From positions 1 through 64,000 of the forward strand of contig JAWLHK010000018.1 of assembly GCA_041690355.1 (NCBI GenBank): DNA of 64,000 nucleotides. The letters are read 5' to 3'. Both the position numbers and the translations under genes were made by a program. The stretch comes from a bacterium. Its GTDB lineage: Bacteria > J088 > JAWLBW01. Each line of letters starts with the position of its first letter. Positions within the stretch are counted from its first letter, which is position 1. The notes under the pieces are model-generated. The model ran no database searches. It was not told where the DNA came from and saw nothing but the letters and a program-made list of their open reading frames with translations. Below are positions 35,803 to 44,186 of this stretch, piece by piece.

Positions 35803-36361
35803 GGTTCTCCTCGTCTTCGGGGGCATAGGCTTCGAACAGCGACTGCAGCATCTGCTTGAGCTTCCGGTATTCGCGGGCCCCGACCCGTTTCGCCTGGCGC
35901 GCTTCGATGGCGCCGATGATGCGCACCGCTTCAGTGACCAGGCCGAATCCCTTGTCGCTGAAGGTGATGCGAACGGCGCGGCGGTCGACCGGGTCGGGAG
36001 TTCTTACCACGAATCCGCGCCGCTCCAGCGAGGCGATGGCCTTGCTCACGGCCTGCTTCGTGGTTCCGTTCAGGCGCGCAATTTCGACTGCCGTGCTCCC
36101 CTCGGGCCGGATGTACCGCAGGACATCATGGTCCGCCGCAGTAATGGAGCGGAACTCCGCATGCGCATGCAGGCCGGTGAGCAGCTCGTCTTCGAATGCG
36201 CGGAACAGGAGGATCAGGTGGCGCGCGAGCGGCTGCTCGTCATTCGGGCGGTCGACGCGGATGCGCTGGAGGACCTCACCCCCGTCGGCGCTCTCGCGCC
36301 GTCGACCCCTCTCCTTGCCAAGGAGACGGGTGGGACGTTTCGGAAGGCGCTTGGAAGGCAT
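35756..36361 (-). CDS. MarR family transcriptional regulator
   Basis: TKQAVSKAIASLERRGFV and DPVDRRA motifs; start uncertain. Confidence 0.88.
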   Translation of the reverse strand: MPSKRLPKRPTRLLGKERGRRRESADGGEVLQRIRVDRPNDEQPLARHLILLFRAFEDELLTGLHAHAEFRSITAADHDVLRYIRPEGSTAVEIARLNGTTKQAVSKAIASLERRGFVVRTPDPVDRRAVRITFSDKGFGLVTEAVRIIGAIEARQAKRVGAREYRKLKQMLQSLFEAYAPEDEENHADPDPRRRNARVRG

Positions 36362-36370
36362 GCACTGATA

Positions 36371-36406
36371 GTAAACCAGGTTGACCGAATAGTCAACTTG
36401 ATTGCC
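36371..36406. promoter_or_regulatory. Probable MarR operator (tandem palindromes)
   Basis: gtaaac-cag-gttgac and gtcaac-ttg-attgcc directly upstream of the marR start. Confidence 0.5.
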
Positions 36407-36420
36407 CATTTGGTTCTGAG

Positions 36421-36491
36421 TTCGTTACTCGTCCACTCGTCACTCGTAACTTGTCACTCGACGCTCACTAGTAAGTCGTCCCTCGTCACTC
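36421..36491. repeat. Heptamer tandem repeat (ctcgtca-type)
   Basis: actcgtccactcgtcactcgtaacttgtcactcg...ctcgtcact. Confidence 0.7.
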
Positions 36492-36535
36492 CAGAAACGC
36501 CCCCCGCGTGCCCACAGGTGTGCTATGTTGATCGT

Positions 36536-37057
36536 ATGGAACCCGTATGCCGGATCTGTGAGACAAGTGTCGAGAATGACAGGCTTTTTCCGGACATCTG
36601 CGGGTCCTGCGCCCGCTATGACTGGGGCTTCTGGCGGCTGCTCAAGGTGGCCCGCTATGGGATGTTCGTCGGCGCGCTCGTGGGCATCTTCTGGGTCACG
36701 GGGATGGACCGGGCCGGGTTCGCGCATCCGACGCTGCTGCTCGCCGTCGGCGCGGTGATCGGGGCGCTCGTCGGGCGGGCCGCCACCGAGGGGGCCGCGA
36801 GCTTCGTCTTCCAGCAGTACCTCATGCACGTCCGCGAAGACCTGGCGGAACACGAGCGTGCGCAGGAGGCCGAAAAGTTCTTTTACGTGGGCATGCTGTC
36901 GGCGTTTCAGGGCAAGACGCAGTACGCCGTGCGTATGCTCAAGCTCGCCCGCGATCACGGCTGGGCGGGCTGGGACCGCCTCACCGCCGATCCGCAGTTT
37001 GCGGCCTTCTGCCGGTTGCCGCAGGTGCGAAGGATCATGGAAACCCCCACCGGGTGA
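36536..37057 (+). CDS. Hypothetical membrane protein with N-terminal CxxC...CxxC
   Basis: CRIC/CGSC, two hydrophobic segments, helical C-terminus; -10 box directly upstream of the ATG. Confidence 0.65.
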   Translation: MEPVCRICETSVENDRLFPDICGSCARYDWGFWRLLKVARYGMFVGALVGIFWVTGMDRAGFAHPTLLLAVGAVIGALVGRAATEGAASFVFQQYLMHVREDLAEHERAQEAEKFFYVGMLSAFQGKTQYAVRMLKLARDHGWAGWDRLTADPQFAAFCRLPQVRRIMETPTG

Positions 37058-37660
37058 TGGTGTTGCACCGGACTCCCCCAGGGGGGAGTGGGCAAGTGAA
37101 CCTTTCTATGGGCGGCCCCGATTCCGACAATGGTTGAGGATGTCTTGGAGGACGCTTTCTCGCTCGCGTCGATCCTCGACGGCGGCTGCCGAATAGCGAA
37201 GCACCTCGTATCCGAGTGAGGTCAGCCACTGGTCGCGGACGTGATCGTCCCCTTCGCGGCCGAGATGAGAGGCTCCATCAATCTCGACGATCAGCATTAC
37301 ACTTGTACAACAGAAATCCACGATGTAGCGGCCCAAAGGCTCCTGGCGCCTGAATTTGTATCCACCCAGTGCGTGCCCGCGGAGTCGAGACCAGAGGAGG
37401 CGTTCACTTAACGTTGCTGTTCGCCGGAGTTCTTTCGCAAGCAGCCGAACATGGGCGGGCGATCCGGACTGGCGTGCTCTCATCCGGGCAGCATTGCACA
37501 TCGAAGACGCTGCGTGAAGGGTCATCGGCATAAGCGCCAACTCCCCCTTGGGGGAGTCCTGGTCACCACGGGTCATGCGGTGGGGGTTTCCACCAACGTT
37601 TTCACATACCCACTCCCCCTTTGGGGGAGTTCCCGTCACCCTGCGTCACGCGGTGGGGGA
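37039..37660. mobile_element. Putative small element: DUF559 gene between ~54-bp imperfect inverted repeats
   Basis: IRs at 37039-37092 and 37537-37591, extra copy at 37609-37660; each has an actccccc-N-gggggagt palindrome. Confidence 0.6.
37106..37483 (-). CDS. DUF559 (Vsr-like) endonuclease domain protein
   Basis: AKELRR..T.SERLLWSRLR, KFRRQ, YIVDF, VEIDGASH and RDQWL..GYEVLR motifs. Confidence 0.92.
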   Translation of the reverse strand: MRARQSGSPAHVRLLAKELRRTATLSERLLWSRLRGHALGGYKFRRQEPLGRYIVDFCCTSVMLIVEIDGASHLGREGDDHVRDQWLTSLGYEVLRYSAAAVEDRRERESVLQDILNHCRNRGRP

Positions 37661-37679
37661 GCCGACAAATCGTCAATCG

Positions 37680-38564
37680 TCAATCGTCGATTCTCAATTT
37701 CGGAAACACTCTTTCCCACGTCTTCGGCACGGGATCCACGAAGGTCTTCTCGTCGCCCGTGACCGGATGCGGAAACCGCAGCCGCCAGGCGTGCAGGCCG
37801 ATGCGGCGGCGGTCGAAGCCGAGTTCCTCGATGCCGCCGAATTTGCGGTCCCCGAGCAGCGGATGACCGGCTTCGGCCAGCTGCGCGCGGATCTGATTCT
37901 TGCGTCCCGTTTCCAGATGGACGTGCAGCAGCGCGTGGGTCTTCGTCTGGATGCGCGTGCCGTACTGGAGCAGGGCATGGGCCCCCTGGCCGGGAGCGAC
38001 CGGACGCGGCCGTTCCGCGTTGGTATCGAGCCAGGACTCCAGCGTCCCCGCCGGCGCGCGCATGCGTCCGCGGATGACCGCCAGATACTCGCGGTCGACC
38101 TCGCCCTCGGCGAACTGCGCGCGGAACCAGTCGCGCACGGCGGGCGTGCGCGCGAAGACGAGCAGGCCGCTCACGTCGCGATCGAGCCGGTGCACGGGGT
38201 GCACGCGGGTGGGGGTCCCCTCGCGTTCCGTGAGCAGCTGCCCGAGCATGTCGGGGAGCGCCGGCGTCGGCGTGCGGTCGGGGACGCTGAGGACGCCGGG
38301 CCCCTTGTGCACGACGAGCACGGCGTCGTCTTCGTAGACGAGGTTGAATCCGCGGGGAACGGTGCGCTGCTGCCCCTCGATCTTATCCCCCAGCTCGAGC
38401 CGCGTCTTCGGATCGCGCACGACCTTGCCGTTCACGCGCACGCCGCCGTTCTTCACGAGCGCGCGCGCATCAACTGCGGAGAGCTTCCGCCGGCGCGCGA
38501 GCCCCTCGGCAAGGGGATGCCCATCTTCTTCGGGTCCGGCACGGAATTGGAAGCGGTCGGCCAT
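37680..38564 (-). CDS. RluA/RluD family pseudouridine synthase with S4-like N-terminus
   Basis: HKGPGVLS, VHRLDRDVSGL, LETGRKNQIR and LHAWRLRFPHP motifs. Confidence 0.95.
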   Translation of the reverse strand: MADRFQFRAGPEEDGHPLAEGLARRRKLSAVDARALVKNGGVRVNGKVVRDPKTRLELGDKIEGQQRTVPRGFNLVYEDDAVLVVHKGPGVLSVPDRTPTPALPDMLGQLLTEREGTPTRVHPVHRLDRDVSGLLVFARTPAVRDWFRAQFAEGEVDREYLAVIRGRMRAPAGTLESWLDTNAERPRPVAPGQGAHALLQYGTRIQTKTHALLHVHLETGRKNQIRAQLAEAGHPLLGDRKFGGIEELGFDRRRIGLHAWRLRFPHPVTGDEKTFVDPVPKTWERVFPKLRIDD

Positions 38565-38691
38565 CGGGACAGTGTAGCAGAGCGGATTGCCTTTTCCGTT
38601 TGGGCTGCGTATGGGGCTTAGGGTATGTCCTTGGACGGATATCGGACGCGTCAGGGCGTGTACCCAGAATCAGGGTACAATGTCAGTAAAC

Positions 38692-39009
38692 ATGAGTACT
38701 GGAAAAGTGAAGAGCCAAGCCAGAAGGACCTTGGAAGAGGCCCGCGGCGCTGAGATGACATTTGGCAAAATGATCGAGTCATTGCGCGTCTGTGATGAGC
38801 TCTCCCAGGCGGCCCTTGCCAGAAAGCTGGGCGTTTCGCGCGCCCACCTGTGCGACATCGAGAAAGGTCGCCGGTTTGTAACTCCTGAAAAAGCCGCCGA
38901 GTTTGCTGAGGCAATGGGGTATTCGGTGAACCAGTTCGTGGCGCAGGCGATTGAAGACAGTCTGAAAAGAATTGGCCTGAAGCTCAGGGTTGAAATCAAA
39001 GCTGCGTAG
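38692..39009 (+). CDS. XRE/HigA-like HTH protein, no adjacent toxin
   Basis: LSQAALARKLGVSRAHLCDIEKGRR; alternative start at 38680. Confidence 0.85.
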   Translation: MSTGKVKSQARRTLEEARGAEMTFGKMIESLRVCDELSQAALARKLGVSRAHLCDIEKGRRFVTPEKAAEFAEAMGYSVNQFVAQAIEDSLKRIGLKLRVEIKAA

Positions 39010-39048
39010 CTCGATCTGTAACCCCGGTTGGAGACTTATCCGCGAGTG

Positions 39049-39103
39049 CCAGCCTGAAAGTCGAGAAGCGCACCCCGCCGTTCTCTACGAGCGCAGGCGC
39101 ATC
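39049..39103 (-). repeat. Degenerate rluA fragment joined to a foreign junction sequence
   Basis: Matches 47303-47357 and rluA 38436-38472. Confidence 0.7.
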
Positions 39104-39114
39104 CCCCAGTCCTC

Positions 39115-41349
39115 CTAGTCCCCGCCGCGCAGAAAGCGAACCGTCTCCGGCGTGACGGACGAGACCGGATAGAACCATTGGGCGGCACTCGGGCCGGCGA
39201 CGACCGTCGTGCTCGTGTGGTTTCCCTTGGTCGACGAGCGACGCTCTTTCCAATCGAGATTGAATGTGGTCGACCAGATGTCCGAAATCCCCGTCGCACC
39301 CCACTCCACCGGTGACGCCAGCTGGGTGAACATGTCGCGCTCGAGCTCTCCGTAGAGATCCGCGAGCGCCTGATGGCGGCCCCCCGCGCGCAAGGCTTCG
39401 GCGCACCAGGCATAGAACTGAAAGCGGATGCCGCGATCCAGGTCCGCGTTGCGCGCCCACGTCAGGGCAGTCGTGCAAGCATCCTCCGGCGCCGTCGCGA
39501 GGCGCGCCCGGGCCGCGACCCAGAGCAGGTCGGCCAGGGCGTCCTTGAGTCCCGGTTTCTCATCCGCCTTCGGTTCGCGCCGCGGAATCGAGGCGTAGTC
39601 GCCGAGGTGGAACAAGGCGACGCGGTGATTATGGCGCAGCACGTCGGGCACTTTGTCTTCCTCGACGGCCCGGATTCCCTCCTGATAAGCGTCACGCGCC
39701 TGCCCCCAGGCAGACAGGCTCCGGTGGGTCGACGCCCGCAAGGCATGGTAGTCGCCGCGGGCCAGGGCTGCGTCGGTCGCCCAGGTCGTTCCCGAGGGGA
39801 GCCCCGCCAGCATCTCTTCGAGCCGCTCGCGCACCGGAGAGGGTGCGAGATCGTAGCGGGAAACGAGCGCCGAGCGCACGCGCGCGAACTGGACCCGTGG
39901 ATTCGTTGCCGGACCTTCGGGAAGTTGCGCCATCCAGGCCGGAAGGCCCATGTCTGCCGACGGCGCGAACGGAATCGCGACCGCCAGCAGGTACTGCGTC
40001 TCGATGCTCTCGGGATCCATGGCGCGGATGCGCAGGGCCCGGTGGAAGAGATCGGGGAGCAGCCCCACCGGCAGATTCGATCCGCCGGCCCTCATGTTCC
40101 GCGTGAGGTCTTCGAGCCCCTCGGCATAGAGCGAGAACAGGCGCGCGCGGGTCGGATTCGAGGCCGTCAGGGCGCCCGCCATGTGCCGGATGGCGTTCAC
40201 ATTGTCGGTCGCCCGGGAGGCAAAGGAGCCGCCCTCCTCTTGACCCAGGGACGAAGAAAACTGCGCGTAGACCAGGGCCTGCGCCCACAGATCCACATGG
40301 TCGGGCTGCAGCCCCTTGCGCGCCGCCGTGCGACGGAAGAGTTCGTCGGCGGCGGCATAGCGGCCCTCGCGGAGGGCAAGGCGTGCCTGCAGCGAGAGGG
40401 CGAGCGGCTGATCGGGATCGGTCCGCAGGATGCGATCGACCTCGCGCTGCGCGTCGGCATCCCGCTCGAGGTCGAACAGGGCTACGGCGCGCCGGGCCAG
40501 CGATTCCGGCCGGGCCGGATCCGCAGCCGCTGCGGTGGCGGCAGCCTCGACGAGGCGGAGGGTCGCGTCGAGCTTCTCGGGTTCGGCGGGGGGCTCGACG
40601 TCCCGGGCCTTTTCCCATGCAATCCGGGCCGGCTCGGGGCGCAGGGCACGGCTCCACGCGCGGGCGAGTTCCACCCAGTCCTGCGCTTCGATGGTGGGGG
40701 AACGTTCCACCCGCAGCGTAGACAGTTGCGCCGCCAGCTCGAACCGCTCCCGTTTCGCGGCGCGGTCGGCCAGTATCGTCAGCGCTTCGGTTCGCTGTTC
40801 GTCGGTTTCGGCGACCCGCAGCATCTGCACGGCCCACCACGCGGCCAGGCCGCTCGTGCGCTCCGGAGCGTCGCGCATCAGCTTCTGCAGAAACGCCCGG
40901 GCCTCTTCATCCTTGGCCGACGCAAGCATGGATTGCCAGAAGCCGCCCATGTTTCCCAGGCGCATCATCTCGCCGTACATGCCGAACATGCTGTCGAGAA
41001 ACCGGTACGCCTTCAGGATGCGGAAGGTGCGCGCGGCGTCGGTGACGGGAAACGACGGGTTGCGCTCGATGACCGAGAGTTCCATCAGTCCCTTCCCCAT
41101 CTCGCCGGCCTTGGCATCCATCCCGGCGATGAAAGCACCCATGAACCCCAGGGTTTTCATCAGGTCCTGCCCTTCGGGGAGCAGGGCCGAGAAGGATGCG
41201 GGGCGCTCGGGAACCAGCTCGCGCTCGAGCCGGTCGGGCGTGAGCGGCTCGGCGGGAAGGGCGGCCATCAGCTGCGGCGGAACCCCGCGGGGGCCTGCGC
41301 ACCCGAACAGGACTGCCGGAAGAACGAGGTAGAGGAGTCGGCGCGGCAT
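39115..41349 (-). CDS. Large helical-repeat (TPR-like) lipoprotein
   Basis: LFGC lipobox; Ala/Leu/Arg-rich TPR-like helices. Confidence 0.7.
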   Translation of the reverse strand: MPRRLLYLVLPAVLFGCAGPRGVPPQLMAALPAEPLTPDRLERELVPERPASFSALLPEGQDLMKTLGFMGAFIAGMDAKAGEMGKGLMELSVIERNPSFPVTDAARTFRILKAYRFLDSMFGMYGEMMRLGNMGGFWQSMLASAKDEEARAFLQKLMRDAPERTSGLAAWWAVQMLRVAETDEQRTEALTILADRAAKRERFELAAQLSTLRVERSPTIEAQDWVELARAWSRALRPEPARIAWEKARDVEPPAEPEKLDATLRLVEAAATAAAADPARPESLARRAVALFDLERDADAQREVDRILRTDPDQPLALSLQARLALREGRYAAADELFRRTAARKGLQPDHVDLWAQALVYAQFSSSLGQEEGGSFASRATDNVNAIRHMAGALTASNPTRARLFSLYAEGLEDLTRNMRAGGSNLPVGLLPDLFHRALRIRAMDPESIETQYLLAVAIPFAPSADMGLPAWMAQLPEGPATNPRVQFARVRSALVSRYDLAPSPVRERLEEMLAGLPSGTTWATDAALARGDYHALRASTHRSLSAWGQARDAYQEGIRAVEEDKVPDVLRHNHRVALFHLGDYASIPRREPKADEKPGLKDALADLLWVAARARLATAPEDACTTALTWARNADLDRGIRFQFYAWCAEALRAGGRHQALADLYGELERDMFTQLASPVEWGATGISDIWSTTFNLDWKERRSSTKGNHTSTTVVAGPSAAQWFYPVSSVTPETVRFLRGGD

Positions 41350-43478
41350 CAGGGGACCTTCGGCAGGAGCACGAGAAACAGTTCCGCGCGGGGAAGCAGG
41401 CCGACCCGCAGCTTGTTCGTGTCGTTCAACGCCAGGAGAATCCCCGTGCTGTACTGGAATACCGGCGCGACGTCGGCTGCCGGCGGCGCCGGGGATGCCG
41501 GCTGTCCGTCCGCAAAGTATTCCTTCAGCCGGCGCAGCTCTTCACGCTGAAACAGCTTCGGGTCCTCGGCGGCAAGCGCGTCATATTGTTCCCGCGCGCC
41601 TGTCGTGTCTCCGCCGAGCCACGTCAGGACGAGGCGGTTCACGCGCACGAGTCCGCCGTCTTTCTCGGCCCGGGCACGCTCGAGCGCAGTCCGTGCGTCT
41701 GCGTATTCACCCCGCTGGGCAAGCAGGACGGCCGTATTGTTCCAGAGGCGGCTGCGCAGGTCGGCATCGGTCGAGGCCGTCGCCGCTCTCGCCAGCGACG
41801 CATAGGAATCGAGAAGCGACTCGCGCGCGGGGTCGCCTTCGAGCGGGAGCAGAAGTTCTGTGTCGGAAACGAGCGCCCTGAAGGCGACCTCCTGCCGTTC
41901 GGCCGCGCGCTCCCGCGCCAGCGCATGAATGCGCCGGTGTCCCTCCTGCGTGGTCCCGGGCACTTTGCGCGTCAGGGCCAGGGCCGCCTCGAGCTGGGGG
42001 CCCTCGCGCAGCCGGCGCCACTCCTCGGTGGGCGTTCCGGGCCACGTGAGGATGTCGTCGAGCGTGGCCACCGGAGCGTCGGTGAGCACGGCGGGAAACG
42101 CCTTTGCATCCCACGCGTAGGCGGAATCGGGATGGCGCGCGGCAAAGGCGGCGAGTCGCGGCGCGAACGCCTTGTGCAGGGCGGCCCGGCCGTTGCCCGT
42201 GTCCTGAATCAGATCCAGCAGGAGGTTGGTGAACTCTGATTCGGCCGACGCGAGCCCGGCAAGGCGCCCGCGCATCCGCTCGGCCACGCGCGCCAGCTTG
42301 AGGCCCGTCTCCGATTCGCGTCCGGCATGCAGCATCGTGGCCGTCGCAAAGAAGGTTACCGTGGCGACCTGCTCGGGGGTCAGGCTTTCGATGTGCTGCA
42401 ATGCGCCCAGCTGGGTGGCCAGGGCGGGAATATCCCCCTGGTTCATGGCGAGGATCGCCAGGTGGAAGTAGGCCTCGGCCCGGTCGGGTTCCCGCACGGC
42501 GAGTTCGTTCAGCAGCCTGCGCCCCTCGGCGGCATTGTCGAGTTGGTGCAGGGCGATGGCGATGGCGAGGTCGGAGTCGTACGTTTTCTCGGCGCGCCAC
42601 TCCGCAACGTGTTCGATGGTCGTTTCGGCCGACCGCAGCTGTCCGAGCGTTTCCTCGATGGAAGCCCTGTCCTCGGGCGTTGCTGATGGCAGGGCGTACT
42701 CGAGTCCGGCGATCGACTGCCGGACGCACGCAAGCTCGGCATGCTTGCGGCAGAGACCGCCGCTGAGCTGCCACAGGGCGGGGGTTGCGGCATTCGTGAG
42801 CCGCAGGATTTCGCGCGCGGTCGCGAGCACCTGCCGGTCATCTTCCTGCGCGACGGCCTGCCCGAGGATATGAAACAGGACCTCGGCCCGCAACATGTCT
42901 TCCTTCGTTTCGAGGGCTTCGAGGGCGGCGGCCGCGAACCGCGCGCCGACCCGCCGGTTCCACTCGGCTTCGTAGGCGAGAAGCTCGACGATCTCGGCTC
43001 GCGAGAGCTCCTTGCCCTCCCGGGCCTGAAATTGCGCATAGGCGCCTACGGCCCCCTGAAGACCGAATTTGCCGAGGATGCCGTACAGGAAGACCCGGGT
43101 GCGCAGCAGGCGGAGATCGGCGCCGGATTCCGCCCCGGCCCGTTCCATCTCCCAGACGGCCCAGGCAAGCTGCTCGAAGGGGAGATTGCCGTCGCCGGGC
43201 GAAAACAGCGACTCTACGTAGGGGCCGGTATGGTGCCAGGCGTTCTCGACGGGGTTTTCGGCCACGGCCGCTCGTTCAGCCGAGCGCTCGAGCTCCCACC
43301 GCTGCATGGGAGACAGCAGTTCGTTCAGAGGGCCGTTCTCCTCGGCCGCCTTTGCGCGCAGGTCTGCCTCGAGGGCGGCGTAGTCATAGTCGGCAGCGGG
43401 CAGTTCCGGCCCCGGGCGGACGGACGCAAAAGAGCAGGCGGCGAGCAGGAGCAGAGCGGTGGGAAGTACCTTGCGCAT
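41349..43478 (-). CDS. Large helical-repeat (TPR-like) lipoprotein
   Basis: Start MRKVLPTALLLLAAC with GGAG RBS; AEAYFHLA and WNNTAVLLAQRGEYADA TPR-like motifs. Confidence 0.72.
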   Translation of the reverse strand: MRKVLPTALLLLAACSFASVRPGPELPAADYDYAALEADLRAKAAEENGPLNELLSPMQRWELERSAERAAVAENPVENAWHHTGPYVESLFSPGDGNLPFEQLAWAVWEMERAGAESGADLRLLRTRVFLYGILGKFGLQGAVGAYAQFQAREGKELSRAEIVELLAYEAEWNRRVGARFAAAALEALETKEDMLRAEVLFHILGQAVAQEDDRQVLATAREILRLTNAATPALWQLSGGLCRKHAELACVRQSIAGLEYALPSATPEDRASIEETLGQLRSAETTIEHVAEWRAEKTYDSDLAIAIALHQLDNAAEGRRLLNELAVREPDRAEAYFHLAILAMNQGDIPALATQLGALQHIESLTPEQVATVTFFATATMLHAGRESETGLKLARVAERMRGRLAGLASAESEFTNLLLDLIQDTGNGRAALHKAFAPRLAAFAARHPDSAYAWDAKAFPAVLTDAPVATLDDILTWPGTPTEEWRRLREGPQLEAALALTRKVPGTTQEGHRRIHALARERAAERQEVAFRALVSDTELLLPLEGDPARESLLDSYASLARAATASTDADLRSRLWNNTAVLLAQRGEYADARTALERARAEKDGGLVRVNRLVLTWLGGDTTGAREQYDALAAEDPKLFQREELRRLKEYFADGQPASPAPPAADVAPVFQYSTGILLALNDTNKLRVGLLPRAELFLVLLPKVP

Positions 43479-43602
43479 CGAGGAGTCTCCATAGCAGAGC
43501 GGTCGGGATACTATAGCGGACCGAAGCCCCGGGGTAAAGTTCCGCCCTTCGCTCACAGGTATGCTGACACCGGCTGTCCACCGGGTGACGTACGATGTCT
43601 GC

Positions 43603-44061
43603 ATGCGCCCGTACTGGAAAACCCTTGCCGGCCGATTCCGGGGGACGGAGGTAATCGTTGCCGGCCTGTTCACGGCCATGGCCTGGGAAATCTTCCGCAC
43701 TGAGGGGCCGGCGCGGGGGCTGATTTTCGCAGCCTTCGGAATGGGGATCATGCTGCTGCGCCTGAGTGCTCCCGAGGTAGAAGCACGGACCAACCGGTGG
43801 GGCAATTATCCGGTCCTTCCCGGCCGCAAGCCAGGCGGCGGGACTCAATCCGGTTCCCGCGCCCGCCGTCAGGTCGCCATCTTTGCGCTCGCCATCCTGC
43901 CGGCCGTGCTCACCGTGCATGCGCTGCTGAACGGCGCCCCGGGCGTCGGAGACGCGGTGGGCGCCGTCGTCGCGTGCCTGCTGCTGCTCTTCGGCGGCGC
44001 GGGCGCTTTTCTGCTGCTGACGTGGATTCTCGAGCGCTTGCTGGGGGGTGGGAAAGGGTAG
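43603..44061 (+). CDS. Small 4-TM membrane protein, copy 1
   Basis: 152 aa; frame and length conserved with copy 2. Confidence 0.7.
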   Translation: MRPYWKTLAGRFRGTEVIVAGLFTAMAWEIFRTEGPARGLIFAAFGMGIMLLRLSAPEVEARTNRWGNYPVLPGRKPGGGTQSGSRARRQVAIFALAILPAVLTVHALLNGAPGVGDAVGAVVACLLLLFGGAGAFLLLTWILERLLGGGKG

Positions 44062-44086
44062 CGGCCGGACTCGCGTTCAGCCGATA

Positions 44087-44117
44087 CCCGTCTTCTTCGG
44101 GGCCGGCACGGAAGTGG
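44087..44117 (-). repeat. Short degenerate rluA 5' fragment
   Basis: cccgtcttcttcggggccggcacggaagtgg vs cccatcttcttcgggtccggcacggaattgg at 38520-38550. Confidence 0.7.
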
Positions 44118-44186
44118 TGACGAGACCTCTCCGGAGCATTGCTTATTCTCCATACCCCTATCTCAAAATATTTGAGAAAATAGTTC

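Noticed and set aside
43479-43805. N-terminal extension of the 818-aa ORF (and similar extensions at 2212-2379, 16030-16224, 35687-36535)
   Set aside because: Better downstream starts have RBS or -10 boxes, signal peptides or family-typical N-termini; most of the extensions overlap other genes.
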